Shown: positions 52,578 to 62,510, counted from the first letter of the stretch. The stretch is DNA of 64,000 nucleotides from an uncultured virus (IMG/VR IMGVR_UViG_3300037504_000331) (IMGVR_UViG_3300037504_000331), one strand, 5' to 3'. Translations and numbers: made by a program. The notes: generated by a model from the letters alone, not told the origin.

Positions 52578-54688
52578 GCCTTCATGTACCTCTTACCTTC
52601 CCAGCCATCGACGGCGATGGGGCAGCCCTCGGCCCACGGCGGGACCGGAAGGGCCATGTGGTGCTCGAAGTCCTTCAAGCTGCCGTAGTCGACCGGGACC
52701 TCGGCGATAATCTCGTCATGGATCGTCAGCAGCGTCGGGTAGCCGGCCTTCTCGACCCGGACCATGGCCTCGGCCATCAAGTCCCGAGAGATGGCCTGCA
52801 CGACGTTCTCAGCGAGCATCCCGCCGTACGTCGAGACGATACCCCAGGCGCCGCCCTTCTTGTTGTCGCGGCCCTCATAGCGTAGCTCAAGCATCTGTCG
52901 GCCGAACTTCGTGACCTCGACGGTATGCGGATTGTAGTACCACAGCCGGCGACCATTGGGCAGGACGCACGTCAGCCACTTCCCGGCTTCGTCCTCGACC
53001 GGCTCAAACCAGATCGAGCAGTTGCCCACCTTGACCTTCTTCCACATCCGCACGGCGTCGATGGCGGCGTCCTGTAGGCGATACCACAGATTCACGATGT
53101 TCGGGTGCCGCTCTCGCCATGCGATCTTGTAGCCGTTGATCTCCTCGTCGCTGTACTTGCCTGAGTCGTCGAAGTTGTACCAAGCCCCGACGCCGCCCTG
53201 GTAGCCGAAGGCAAGCTCACAGGTCTTCCCGACCTGACGCTCCTTCGGGTGTTGCTTCTTGTCGATCACCGGGTAGCCGAAGACCATAGAGGCGGTCGCG
53301 CAGTAGATGTCCGCGGACTCGCCGTAGGGCTCACCACGTTGGATCGCAGCGAAAGCATCGACCTTCCACGTTTCGTCGGCCAGCCATGCCAGGACCACGG
53401 CCTCGATAGCGCTGAAATCGGCGACTAGGAACCGCTTGCCTTCCCCGGCTATGAACATACCGCGCAGAGCCGTCGCGAGCGCCTCCATGACATCGCCGAA
53501 GATCATCTCGATAGCATCGACGGCGTCCTGGCCGCGCATCTTGATGCACTCGATGAGCAACTCCATCGTCTCGGCTTCTTTCATGCCGAGGGTCTTGGCG
53601 TAGTCTTCGAGGCTGCCGCGTGGGAAGTTCTGCGGCTGTACGAGTCGCCCGGCCCATCGACCGGTGCCGGCGCCGTGGTATTGAAGCAGGCCGCGGATTC
53701 GGCCGTCTTGGCATGTGCAACGGTAGAAGGCCACCAGCTTCTTAGTGCTGCCCTTGGAGAGCGACTTACGGATGCGCAGCACCTCTCCAACCTCTTGAGG
53801 CGCGTTGCCGGCGGCCAGGGCCTTATCGACCGTGTCGCCCTTCATGTCCGCCATCGGGTAGCCTTGCCGGGCGAACCACGTCAGCATGAGATCGCGCTGA
53901 TTCGCTGTCTGGACTTCGCCGCCCGTGATCTCCTGAAGGCGCTTGGTCTGCTTCTCCGTGACGATCTCAGCGACTTCCCAGGCGGCCGTCACGGCGTCCA
54001 GATCGACGGCAACGCCTCGGTAGTTGATGGTCTGATCCAGCACCCACAGGCGGAACTCCGACGGAGGCAGATCGCCTATCGTCTCGCCCAGCTCGTCCTC
54101 GGCCTCCACGTCGGTGCCGCAGTAGTCGTACAGCTCTTCGAGCAGGTCCGGGTCCTCGCGATAGACCGTGGGCCAGTCCTCCGGCGGCACACCCAGGTCT
54201 TCCAGCTCTTTCTTCTCGGCCTTGCGGAGCTTGCGCGGCTTCGAGAGCGTGTCGAGCAGGTACTTGCCGCGCTTGTCCTTCTGGACATCGAGGCCGAGCA
54301 CGGGCCCTACCTTGTCCAGACCGAGAGGCAATGAGCGATACGCGCACGAGGCCAGGGTGTCGACCCACCTTGGCGGAACCTCGACACCGACCATGTGCCG
54401 CAGGATGTGATACCAGATCGCGCGCTCGAACTGGACGTTGTGAGCCTCGAAGGTGTAGCCGGCCAGCGCGTGGGCAACGATCTCTTGCGGGAACGGCTCT
54501 CGGCCGGGAACCCAGACGTTACGCCGGCCCTTGCCCTTGTGCTTCCAGCCAAGGCACAGAATCTCAGTGCTGTGGTGCTCAGCGTAGCGCCATGCGCCGA
54601 CATCCTTGACGTTCAACTCCGAGCGAGTCTCGAAGTCCACGACCATCCGCGGCAGCGTCAGCGCCTTCGGCTGGAAGGGGTGACTCAT
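52574..54688 (-). CDS. polA: family A DNA polymerase with 3'-5' exonuclease
   Basis: DFET, TGRWAG, DFSAIE, RQVGK..ELA.GY, IHDE. Confidence 0.92.
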   Translation of the reverse strand: MSHPFQPKALTLPRMVVDFETRSELNVKDVGAWRYAEHHSTEILCLGWKHKGKGRRNVWVPGREPFPQEIVAHALAGYTFEAHNVQFERAIWYHILRHMVGVEVPPRWVDTLASCAYRSLPLGLDKVGPVLGLDVQKDKRGKYLLDTLSKPRKLRKAEKKELEDLGVPPEDWPTVYREDPDLLEELYDYCGTDVEAEDELGETIGDLPPSEFRLWVLDQTINYRGVAVDLDAVTAAWEVAEIVTEKQTKRLQEITGGEVQTANQRDLMLTWFARQGYPMADMKGDTVDKALAAGNAPQEVGEVLRIRKSLSKGSTKKLVAFYRCTCQDGRIRGLLQYHGAGTGRWAGRLVQPQNFPRGSLEDYAKTLGMKEAETMELLIECIKMRGQDAVDAIEMIFGDVMEALATALRGMFIAGEGKRFLVADFSAIEAVVLAWLADETWKVDAFAAIQRGEPYGESADIYCATASMVFGYPVIDKKQHPKERQVGKTCELAFGYQGGVGAWYNFDDSGKYSDEEINGYKIAWRERHPNIVNLWYRLQDAAIDAVRMWKKVKVGNCSIWFEPVEDEAGKWLTCVLPNGRRLWYYNPHTVEVTKFGRQMLELRYEGRDNKKGGAWGIVSTYGGMLAENVVQAISRDLMAEAMVRVEKAGYPTLLTIHDEIIAEVPVDYGSLKDFEHHMALPVPPWAEGCPIAVDGWEGKRYMKA

Positions 54689-55050
54689 AGGATTTCCGCC
54701 AGCTCAGCGTCGATCTCTTCGTCCGTCTTCTCGCGCTCGGGTTCGGGCTCAGCCTTCTTCGGTTTGGCCTTGGAAGCCTTCTTACGCTTCTCGTCGGGCT
54801 TGGCACCGCCAGGAGCCGGCCCGCACGCACGACGGTCGTTGTTCCGATAACCTTCCAGGGCGTCCTCGATAGCGGCTGCGGCCGTCTGGGTCGAGGTGCC
54901 TACCCACATATCCCCGCCCTGACCGGTCGTGATAGCGGCCCGCCAGCGCTCATCGTGGTTCACCTTCTTCGGGTTGATCTCGAAGAGATGGGCCAGTAGC
55001 AGACCCTCGTCAGCGATCTTGGCGTGCGCCTCCTCGAACGTCATGGTCAC
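54685..55050 (-). CDS. hypothetical protein (121 aa)
   Basis: GGAGG RBS; coupled. Confidence 0.65.
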   Translation of the reverse strand: MTMTFEEAHAKIADEGLLLAHLFEINPKKVNHDERWRAAITTGQGGDMWVGTSTQTAAAAIEDALEGYRNNDRRACGPAPGGAKPDEKRKKASKAKPKKAEPEPEREKTDEEIDAELAEIL

Positions 55051-55355
55051 GTCCTCCGCCGGCCGTTCATGTAGCCGACGACCATGCTGTGATCGTGCGT
55101 GATCGACTCCGGCACCTCACCCACATAAGCGATCTGGTATTCGCCCATGGTCGAGAGGCCGGTGAACCGGTCGAAGTCGAGCTGCCACGGTTCCAGGCCA
55201 CGGTTGATGACGCGGACCATGATCTTGCCGCTGTGGACCTGATAGATGCGCGCCGTCAGCTTCACGGCCTCCTGTCCTACGGGACGGATACCGATAAGCT
55301 CGCGCTCGGCGATCTGCTCAATCGGCTTCTCGAACCAGTCTCGGAACGTCGGCAT
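55047..55355 (-). CDS. hypothetical protein (102 aa)
   Basis: GGGAGACGA RBS. Confidence 0.65.
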   Translation of the reverse strand: MPTFRDWFEKPIEQIAERELIGIRPVGQEAVKLTARIYQVHSGKIMVRVINRGLEPWQLDFDRFTGLSTMGEYQIAYVGEVPESITHDHSMVVGYMNGRRRT

Positions 55356-55366
55356 GATCGTCTCCC

Positions 55367-55440
55367 AGAGAAGAAGGAGGGCGAGGTGGGGGATGGGGAC
55401 CTCGCCCTCCTAGTGTCCGAGCCCGGGGAGGTGGGCTCGG
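55367..55440 (-). terminator. two hairpins with C-rich loops; the distal one is terminator-like
   Basis: 8-bp stem with loop ACCUCCCC; 13-bp stem with loop CCCCAUCCCCC, then UCUUCUCU. Confidence 0.6.
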
Positions 55441-55449
55441 GTCGCTGAA

Positions 55450-56148
55450 TCAGAACGGAATCTCGTCGTCCAGACCGTCGGTCGGGTCGTGGGGCGACTC
55501 GCCGCCCTGGATACCGCCGAACCGCTCTTCCGCGGACATGCCGCCGATACGCTGCCCCTCCTTCACGAAGAGCACGGCGTTGCAGTAGAAGACCAGGAAC
55601 CGGCCCTGCGGGGTGTGCATGGCCTTGAGATTGAGCGACGCCTTCGCGTAGTGGCCGCCGACGAACAGGTCCTTGGCGCGTGCCATGTCCTGCTCGTTGT
55701 TGCGCGACAGCTCACGGAACTTGCCCTGATCGAGCACGAAGAGCTGGGGCGGGTAGCCCTCCTTCGCCTTGATCGGGATCACCTTCATGTTCTCGTAAAC
55801 GTCACCCTTCTTGCCCTTGGCCTCCTGCTGCTGCTTCTTCTGGTTGCCGTCGACCAGGGGCCACTTCAGGCCGCCGTTCTGCACGGCATCGCGCAGGTTG
55901 ATGTCCGGCCACTCGGCCTTCGCGACCTCGGCCATAGCGTTCTTGACGCTCATCTTCTCCCAGTCATCGTCACGCCGGCCCTCGAACTCGTCGAGCGCCT
56001 CGGGAGTCAGAAGCATGTCGCAGGAGAACTCGGGATCGCCCTTGCGATTGGTACGGGGGTCCTGGTACGCGCGGGCCTCAACAAGATTCGGGTAGCTCAT
56101 GCGGAACATCGGGCTCCGCAGCAGAATGTTGGCGGGTTGATTCGCCAT
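55450..56148 (-). CDS. single-stranded DNA-binding protein (DUF2815/gp2.5-like)
   Basis: RMSYP.L, FVKEG.R.GG, acidic DDEIPF tail. Confidence 0.8.
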   Translation of the reverse strand: MANQPANILLRSPMFRMSYPNLVEARAYQDPRTNRKGDPEFSCDMLLTPEALDEFEGRRDDDWEKMSVKNAMAEVAKAEWPDINLRDAVQNGGLKWPLVDGNQKKQQQEAKGKKGDVYENMKVIPIKAKEGYPPQLFVLDQGKFRELSRNNEQDMARAKDLFVGGHYAKASLNLKAMHTPQGRFLVFYCNAVLFVKEGQRIGGMSAEERFGGIQGGESPHDPTDGLDDEIPF

Positions 56149-56254
56149 GTCGTCTCTCCTTCGGTTTTTCTCAGCCCGTCGACTGATACTGCTGGTGGTT
56201 GTTCGCGACGGATAGCCGCTACGACCTGTGGTTTTTCACGGCCGCGTCCGACCG

Positions 56255-57463
56255 CTACTGCTCTGGTGGGACCTCGCCGAAGAAGTCTTCCGGCGTGATC
56301 TTCGCCTCCGCCCGCTTGTCGCTGACGGGGGCCAGGGTAAGCCCGGCGTCGGGCTTGTACGCGTATTTCGTGACGATGCTTGATCCACCCTTCAGCTTTT
56401 CGACAGCGGCAGGACCCTTCATCTTGCGAGGCTCGTAAGCCTCATCTCCGAACGTCTTCTGAAGCGCCTCTTCAGCACCCGTCTTCCAGATGCGACTCGA
56501 CTGCTTCCGGACGATCTTCTGGCCGGGTATCGTACTACCTTTCTTGGCCCGCTCGAAAGCCTCTTTTTCGAGGTTCTCGATGTACTTCTTGATCGTCGGA
56601 GCCCGTTGAAGGATGTCGCCGAGCTGTTCGTCCGTCAGGTAGACAGGCTCTAAATCAGGGTCCAGGTCTTGCTCCGCCTGACGGATCGCCGGGCAGTGTG
56701 CCTGGGCCGGGCAGAACCGGCACCAATCGCCGACCTTCAGCTTGGCATGCGGGCTCTCGGTCTCCTCCATCGCCGGGATAACCTCGAAGAGGAACCAGTC
56801 GGTCAGCTCTTCCGGGGTCGTGTCGTACCGGCGAATGACGCCCTTCGGGTGAGGATGTCGAGGCTGCACGATGTAGAGCTGGACCTGCTCGAACGTGTGA
56901 TCGGATCGCTCGACGGCGAGGTAGCCGTAGTAGTTGGTCTGCTCATCGTGGGGTTCGGCTGTCACGCCGATTCCGTGCTTGTAGTCCACGATGATGAGCA
57001 GCCCGAGGCCAGGGACCTCTAACACCACGTCAGAGGTGCCGAAAGCCTTGGAGTGGAGATCGCTGTAAAGGCCGACCTCGACGCTGAGCATGGCGTCATG
57101 CTCGGCATATCGAGAGCACAGGTCGTAGACGAAAGACACATGATGCGCGACCGCATCCGCCATCTCATCGTCAACGGTGAAGCTGCGCGAGCCGACAATG
57201 ATCTCGGTTCCGATGAACTCCCACGGCTCCTTGTCCTCCTTGAGGCAACGAGCAGCTACCTCGTGAGCGGCCGTACCTTCATCGGCGGCATAGCCGGCGC
57301 CACGACGCTCCTCTTCCGGGAGCTTGGCGGTTAGCTGGGGAGAGGCAGTGCAGTTCATCCATCGCTTCGCTGAAGAAGCACCCAACGAGCTGTGGGCAAC
57401 CTCTTCAGCATGAAGCGCTTCAGATACCGCGGTCTTAGCCTCGGGCTGTGCTGTCATCGTCAT
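56255..57463 (-). CDS. Cas4-like exonuclease (DUF2800)
   Basis: HS.L..S...RW..C, EGTAAH, FGTSD, DYKHG, CRFCPA...C. Confidence 0.85.
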   Translation of the reverse strand: MTMTAQPEAKTAVSEALHAEEVAHSSLGASSAKRWMNCTASPQLTAKLPEEERRGAGYAADEGTAAHEVAARCLKEDKEPWEFIGTEIIVGSRSFTVDDEMADAVAHHVSFVYDLCSRYAEHDAMLSVEVGLYSDLHSKAFGTSDVVLEVPGLGLLIIVDYKHGIGVTAEPHDEQTNYYGYLAVERSDHTFEQVQLYIVQPRHPHPKGVIRRYDTTPEELTDWFLFEVIPAMEETESPHAKLKVGDWCRFCPAQAHCPAIRQAEQDLDPDLEPVYLTDEQLGDILQRAPTIKKYIENLEKEAFERAKKGSTIPGQKIVRKQSSRIWKTGAEEALQKTFGDEAYEPRKMKGPAAVEKLKGGSSIVTKYAYKPDAGLTLAPVSDKRAEAKITPEDFFGEVPPEQ

Positions 57464-57483
57464 CTCCGGGCCGGGACCGTGCG

Positions 57484-58134
57484 TTAGAGGCCGAGTGCCT
57501 CGATACGGTCCTTGACCTCGGAGAGCTTGTCAGCCGGGAGGTCCTGGGTGCGGTCGACGCCGTACTCCTTCAGGATGCCCTTGCAGTCCTGCACGGAACA
57601 GACCTTGTCCTTCACCATCTTCGAGATGAGGGACTGGACCTCGCCGTGCGTCGGGCCGGAGCTGGATTCGGCCTGCTTCTTCGGGGCCTCGGCCGGCACG
57701 TCGTCGGCGGGCTTCTCCTGCTTCGGCTGCTCCTTCGGAGCCTCGGCCGGCGGCTCATCGCCCGGCACGTCATCGTTGGCGGAAGTGGAGGCGGCCGGAG
57801 CCGTCTCGCCGCCGTCGTCCGGCAGATCGTCAGAGGGCGCGGGCTCCGTCTTCTTCGAGGAGGACTTGCCTTTCGACGCCGAACTGGACTTGCCCTTCGA
57901 GGAGGACTGGCCGTCGGTCGTCTTGGTGGTCGCGGACTGCGTGCCCTGCGCGACGTTGAGGCCGAGTTGGGAGTAGACGTGATTGGACGCGGAAGCCATC
58001 AGTTCGCCGATGGCGGCGTCACAGCTTTCGCCGTCTTCCAGGGACGCCTTGAGCGTGACCTGGGCCTGCGCGTTCTCGTACTCCTTGGGCTGACGCTTCC
58101 GCATGAACGTCACTTCGATCTCGTAAACCTGCAT
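57484..58134 (-). CDS. hypothetical protein with low-complexity linker (MQVYEI...)
   Basis: GGAGACG RBS; downstream of a TTGACA promoter. Confidence 0.7.
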   Translation of the reverse strand: MQVYEIEVTFMRKRQPKEYENAQAQVTLKASLEDGESCDAAIGELMASASNHVYSQLGLNVAQGTQSATTKTTDGQSSSKGKSSSASKGKSSSKKTEPAPSDDLPDDGGETAPAASTSANDDVPGDEPPAEAPKEQPKQEKPADDVPAEAPKKQAESSSGPTHGEVQSLISKMVKDKVCSVQDCKGILKEYGVDRTQDLPADKLSEVKDRIEALGL

Positions 58135-58186
58135 CGAATCGTCTCCGGTTTGGTGAGGTGGTCGGCTACGGCCGGCTAACGAGCGA

Positions 58187-58215
58187 ACGCTATCCGCCGT
58201 GGGCCCTCCTGTCAA
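58187..58215 (-). promoter_or_regulatory. TTGACAGGAGGG-class promoter
   Basis: TTGACA-GGAGGGCCCACGGCGGA-TAGCGT (17-bp spacer). Confidence 0.7.
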
Positions 58216-58224
58216 CACATTGGA

Positions 58225-59841
58225 TCATCCGCTGTCCAACGCGCTGTAGATGGTCTTCGTCTTGTCCAGGACGCTCTTCAGCACCTTCTCGTCCAAGCTC
58301 CCCTCAACGATGGCGAACTGGGCGATGACGTTGCCGTGCTGTCCATGGCGGTGAAGACGGTCGATGGCCTGCTCGTTCGTGCTCGGTGTCCAGGCGGGCT
58401 CACCCACAACGCAGTGAGACGCCACGCGCTGAAGACCGTCGATGCCCAGGCCGGCGGCATCGAGCTGCCCCATGAAGATGCGCTTGTCCGGGTTGCTCAC
58501 GAAGTCTGTCACGGATGCGTGCTTGGCCTGCGGAGACATGCCGCCGCGGAGAAGCGAGATTCCGTAGCGCGCGAGCGAGTCGTAGCAGGCTTGCATGACC
58601 GACTTGTGGTGGAGGAAAAAGACGACCTTCTCCAACTCCACAATGTCGAGCAGAAACTTCATGTGCTCGATGAGACGTGGAACCTTGGCCTCTCCCATCT
58701 CTCGACGGATCGTGCTGATCTGACCGAACATCTCGGCGTTGGGGTCGATCAGATCGCTCACGTTGAAGTTGAGCATCCGTTCGTGGCGCAGGACTTCTCG
58801 AATCCGGCCGTCCGGTTCCAGGTACGCAAACTCGTAGGTCTTATCCGGCAGGTCCTTCAACACGTCGGTCTTCAGCCGGCGGATCATGAAGTTCGACCGG
58901 AGTCGCGCCTGTAGCTCGGGAAGTCGGCCTTTCTTCTCGATGTTCACCTGCTTGTCACCGATGTCCACCATGGCCGACGGGTTAAAGCGATAGGTGAAGT
59001 CGTCATAGGACATCCAGTCGATGGATTCCGGGCAAAGCGCATTTGCCAGCGTGTAGCATTCTCGCGGCCGGTTTGGCAAAGGCGTGCCAGTCAAGGCAGT
59101 TATCCTGTCCGACCTTTCCGCCAAGTTCGGTCGCTTGGATCGACCGCCGCCGAACACAGCGCGCGTGCGCTTGGCGTCTGGGGTCTTTAGGTAGTGGGCC
59201 TCGTCGAGGATGAGGTGGTCCCAGTGCGTTTCGCACAGCATTTCGAGCAGATCATCGTTACGCAGCATGTCGTAGGAGACGATGACCCATGGGCTCTCCT
59301 GATGACCGAGTCCGACCTTTGGCACGCTGGTGGCCTTGAGGATCGGGAACGGCCGTGAATCCTCCGGGCCCATCCAGGACCAGTTTTCGATCTCTCGACG
59401 CCAGTTGAGACGGATCGAGGCTGGGCAGACCACGAGGTTGAGAGGTAACTCGTGCTCGTTCGAGATCGCGATGGCCTGGATGGTCTTACCAAGGCCGGGC
59501 TCGTCGCCGATCAGGACGTTTGGATGCTCTCGGCTGTAGTAGGCCGGAACCTGCTGGAAGGGCATGTACGCCTTGCCACGCGGCGCCGGAATGTCGGCAT
59601 CCACTTCAGTCGCCCAGGAGAGCTTGTAGTCCTCCCACATGCGCCCCAGGCGCTCCTTGGTGCGCGAATCGCCTTCACGGAAGAACGGCAACGCCGCGTA
59701 GGGGCAGTTGGTGAACCAGACCTTCTCGCCGTTCTTCCCGCGGACTCGCGTGGATAGCGTCAGGCCGACGGATTTGCAGTATGCCTCATCGTCTGAGGTG
59801 ACAACGTACTCATCGGTCTTCGGGTTGAACTGCAAAGTCAC
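58225..59841 (-). CDS. SNF2-family (SF2) helicase
   Basis: DEPGLGKT, DEAH, LTGTP, QAIDRLHRHGQ. Confidence 0.9.
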   Translation of the reverse strand: MTLQFNPKTDEYVVTSDDEAYCKSVGLTLSTRVRGKNGEKVWFTNCPYAALPFFREGDSRTKERLGRMWEDYKLSWATEVDADIPAPRGKAYMPFQQVPAYYSREHPNVLIGDEPGLGKTIQAIAISNEHELPLNLVVCPASIRLNWRREIENWSWMGPEDSRPFPILKATSVPKVGLGHQESPWVIVSYDMLRNDDLLEMLCETHWDHLILDEAHYLKTPDAKRTRAVFGGGRSKRPNLAERSDRITALTGTPLPNRPRECYTLANALCPESIDWMSYDDFTYRFNPSAMVDIGDKQVNIEKKGRLPELQARLRSNFMIRRLKTDVLKDLPDKTYEFAYLEPDGRIREVLRHERMLNFNVSDLIDPNAEMFGQISTIRREMGEAKVPRLIEHMKFLLDIVELEKVVFFLHHKSVMQACYDSLARYGISLLRGGMSPQAKHASVTDFVSNPDKRIFMGQLDAAGLGIDGLQRVASHCVVGEPAWTPSTNEQAIDRLHRHGQHGNVIAQFAIVEGSLDEKVLKSVLDKTKTIYSALDSG

Positions 59842-60269
59842 GGCTTGTCGACCTCCACGCCCGCCTCGTGGAAGAGCTGACGGGCCTTAGCGTAGTCATC
59901 TTGCCAGATCACGGGGCCGTGAACGACTCGGCGGATGCCGGCGCTGATGATGAGCTGGGAACACCCACGGCACATGCACGGAGCATAGGTGACGTAGAGC
60001 GTGCAGCCCTTCAGCGAGTGGCCGTCCTTGGCGGCAGCCGCGATGGCATTCATCTCAGCGTGGATCACGCGGTCGTGCTTAACGCCGCTGGCCCACATCT
60101 CCGCGGTCTCATCGACGCCGGGAGGGAAGCCGTTGTAGCCCGTTGAGATGACGTGGTGGTCATCGTTGACGATGACGCAACCCACCTGGGTGTCGGGGTC
60201 CTTCGAGCGCTCGGCCGCTTGGACCGCTTGCCCATAGTGGTACGCATCCCAACTCGGAACTTTTCTCAC
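59838..60269 (-). CDS. dCMP deaminase
   Basis: RSKDP.TQVG, GYNG, HAEMNA, PC...C. Confidence 0.9.
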   Translation of the reverse strand: MRKVPSWDAYHYGQAVQAAERSKDPDTQVGCVIVNDDHHVISTGYNGFPPGVDETAEMWASGVKHDRVIHAEMNAIAAAAKDGHSLKGCTLYVTYAPCMCRGCSQLIISAGIRRVVHGPVIWQDDYAKARQLFHEAGVEVDKP

Positions 60270-60287
60270 GGCTTCCCTCCCTTGCGC

Positions 60288-61163
60288 TTAGATCGCGGTG
60301 CCTTCGCCGGGTTTACCTTGGGCGCTGATCGAGCCCTTGAGGACACCTTGGTGCTCGTAGTCGGCAAGCTCGAAGTCGTGGAACTCGTACTTGTCGATGG
60401 CATCCGGCGTGCGATGAATGATGAGTCGCGGCTCCGGCAGCACCATCCGGCTGCACTGCTCCTTCACCTGATCGACGTGGTTCTCGTAGATGTGAACGTC
60501 GCCGCCCTGCCAGATGAACTCGTCCGCCACACAGCCGAGCTGGTCTGCGACGAGGTGCGTCAGGAGAGAATACTGGGCGATGTTGAAGGGGACGCCCAGG
60601 AAAGTGTCGCACGAGCGCTGGGTCATGACCAACGAGATGCGGTTCTCGATACGGTAGAACTGAAGGTTGAAGTGACACGGCTTGATCGCCATCGCCTTGA
60701 GCCAGTCGGGCCGCCACGCGGTAATCATGTGGCTGCGCGCCTCGGGCCGATCACGCAGACTGTCCATCGTGACCTTGAGCTGGTCGATCTCCTTGGCGCC
60801 GCCGAACTGATGGCGCAGACGTTCGTCGATGGTCCAGTGCCGCCACATATAGCCGTAGAGCGGGCCGACGATACCGTCTTCGTTCGCCCAGGTATCCCAG
60901 ATGTGGACGCCGTTTTGATGCAGGAACGAGACATCCTGATGGCCGCGCAGGAACCAGAGCATCTCGACGGCGAGCGACTTCCACTGGGTCTTCTTGGTCG
61001 TGAAGACGGGAATCTTGTAGCCGCTCAGGTCAAACCGGAGCTGTTCGGCGAAGCTCTCGTACCGGCCTTCTTCGTCCGCGGGCTTGCGGTACGGCCCGGC
61101 AAGAATGCGCTCGCACATATTCAGGTATGCGCGCTCGCCGTACATCGAAGTCAGGTCTTTCAT
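60288..61163 (-). CDS. thyA: thymidylate synthase (divergent)
   Basis: PCH, QRSCD.FLGVPFN, HIYENH. Confidence 0.88.
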   Translation of the reverse strand: MKDLTSMYGERAYLNMCERILAGPYRKPADEEGRYESFAEQLRFDLSGYKIPVFTTKKTQWKSLAVEMLWFLRGHQDVSFLHQNGVHIWDTWANEDGIVGPLYGYMWRHWTIDERLRHQFGGAKEIDQLKVTMDSLRDRPEARSHMITAWRPDWLKAMAIKPCHFNLQFYRIENRISLVMTQRSCDTFLGVPFNIAQYSLLTHLVADQLGCVADEFIWQGGDVHIYENHVDQVKEQCSRMVLPEPRLIIHRTPDAIDKYEFHDFELADYEHQGVLKGSISAQGKPGEGTAI

Positions 61164-61477
61164 GCGTCTTGTCTCCTCTCGAAGAGCACCGCGTCTCCAC
61201 GGTGCGTGTTCACCTGGATCGTCACCGGGTCCAGATGGGCGGGATTGCAGCAGTCCCGGGTCCTACAGGTGTGATCCAGGACGTGCTTCTCTGGGATCGG
61301 GCCGACGAGCAGCTCGTAGACCAGACGATGGGCGACGTAGATTCGGCCCTGCCACCTGACCTTGCCGTACCCATTGCCGCTGTTCCACCGCCCGGTCCAT
61401 CGCCAGCATCCCGTAGCAGGGCAAACCTTGATACGGGATCGGATACGCTCGGGCAAGCTCCCGAACGCGTCTCTCAT
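61160..61477 (-). CDS. HNH endonuclease
   Basis: CW.W.G....GYG...AHR...DH.C....CCNP.HL. Confidence 0.85.
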   Translation of the reverse strand: MRDAFGSLPERIRSRIKVCPATGCWRWTGRWNSGNGYGKVRWQGRIYVAHRLVYELLVGPIPEKHVLDHTCRTRDCCNPAHLDPVTIQVNTHRGDAVLFERRQDA

Positions 61478-61881
61478 CCGCCTTGGATGTGCCGGAGGAA
61501 TTGAGCGATCATGTCCTTGGCGTGTTGGCGGTATGCCGCCTGCTGATCCTCGTCAAGCTGGTCGAAGTTGTCGCCAGTGACCGCGCAGTCCGTACGCGCG
61601 ACCTCCTCCAACGCCTTGTTCCAGTCGTGCGAGGTGAGCCACAGGAGCAAGCAGAGCACGTCGGCCGCCGTGTTGATATGCCCGTGCGCGTGATCCATGC
61701 CATACGCCTGTACGCGTGCCGTTTGGGACACGTCGTTGCCGTCAGGATCGAAGACATGCACGGAACCGACACCGGCCTCGAAGTGAAGCTGCACGTGGCC
61801 TCGGGGCAGTTCGAGGGTTACGTCGTAGATCGACGGGTCCTCGTCATTCTGAATGAGTCGAAAGGTCATCGCTCGTACCAC
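61474..61881 (-). CDS. hypothetical protein (~131 aa)
   Basis: Coupled ORF. Confidence 0.65.
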   Translation of the reverse strand: MVRAMTFRLIQNDEDPSIYDVTLELPRGHVQLHFEAGVGSVHVFDPDGNDVSQTARVQAYGMDHAHGHINTAADVLCLLLWLTSHDWNKALEEVARTDCAVTGDNFDQLDEDQQAAYRQHAKDMIAQFLRHIQGG

Positions 61882-62264
61882 TCCTTCCGGTCGCGGTCGC
61901 GGCCAAGGCCGCCGCGGATCATGTCAAGGTTGCTCTCCTCGCGGTAGCGCAGCGGCGTCGGCGTCGTGTCGGCGTGCTCCTCGCGCGAGACCACGTCGGG
62001 CTGATCCTCGTCAGCGATCCGTTGCAGATAGCCTTCGAGGTAGGAGACCCGCTCGGTGAGCCGGGCGACCTCGGTTTTCAACGCGGCCTTGTCCTTCTCC
62101 AAAGCGAGGGCCCGGTCCCGCTCTTTATCCGCTCGCTCTATGGCCGCTTCGTTTCCCTGGAAGCTCTCTTCCAGGCGCTTCTTCAGGCCGTCCTCGGAAG
62201 CGAGGATTTCGGCTTTGGTACGCGTGTCCTTCTTGGCACGCTCTCGATAGAACTGGCTTGTCAT
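61866..62264 (-). CDS. coiled-coil protein (132 aa)
   Basis: GGGAGACG RBS. Confidence 0.65.
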   Translation of the reverse strand: MTSQFYRERAKKDTRTKAEILASEDGLKKRLEESFQGNEAAIERADKERDRALALEKDKAALKTEVARLTERVSYLEGYLQRIADEDQPDVVSREEHADTTPTPLRYREESNLDMIRGGLGRDRDRKEWYER

Positions 62265-62271
62265 CGTCTCC

Positions 62272-62454
62272 CTACTCCACGGATACGCGGCGTTCGAGAT
62301 CGGCCTTTAGCGCGTCCCGACGTTCGCGTAGCTTGTCGATGGTGAATTGACGGTCGCCTTCCATCACGCACGTGTCGCCGTCGTCCTGCTGAAGGCAGAC
62401 AAGCTCACGCTGTACCGATAGAAGTTCGGCCCGTAACTCGTTGGCGGTTTTCAC
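62272..62454 (-). CDS. hypothetical protein (60 aa)
   Basis: GGGAGACGA RBS; first gene after the divergent promoter. Confidence 0.6.
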   Translation of the reverse strand: MKTANELRAELLSVQRELVCLQQDDGDTCVMEGDRQFTIDKLRERRDALKADLERRVSVE

Positions 62455-62510
62455 TTATTCGTCTCCCTTGTGCTCGCTTAGAGGGTCGGCTACCCTTAGC
62501 GATCCCGGAA

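Noticed and set aside
45916..54688. 2-aminoadenine (dZ) genome system
   Set aside because: No PurZ-like synthetase in the window; the hydrolases alone are insufficient.
56255..57463. Cas4-like gene as evidence of CRISPR-Cas
   Set aside because: It sits in the usual phage PolA/SSB/helicase replication module, with no array or other cas genes.
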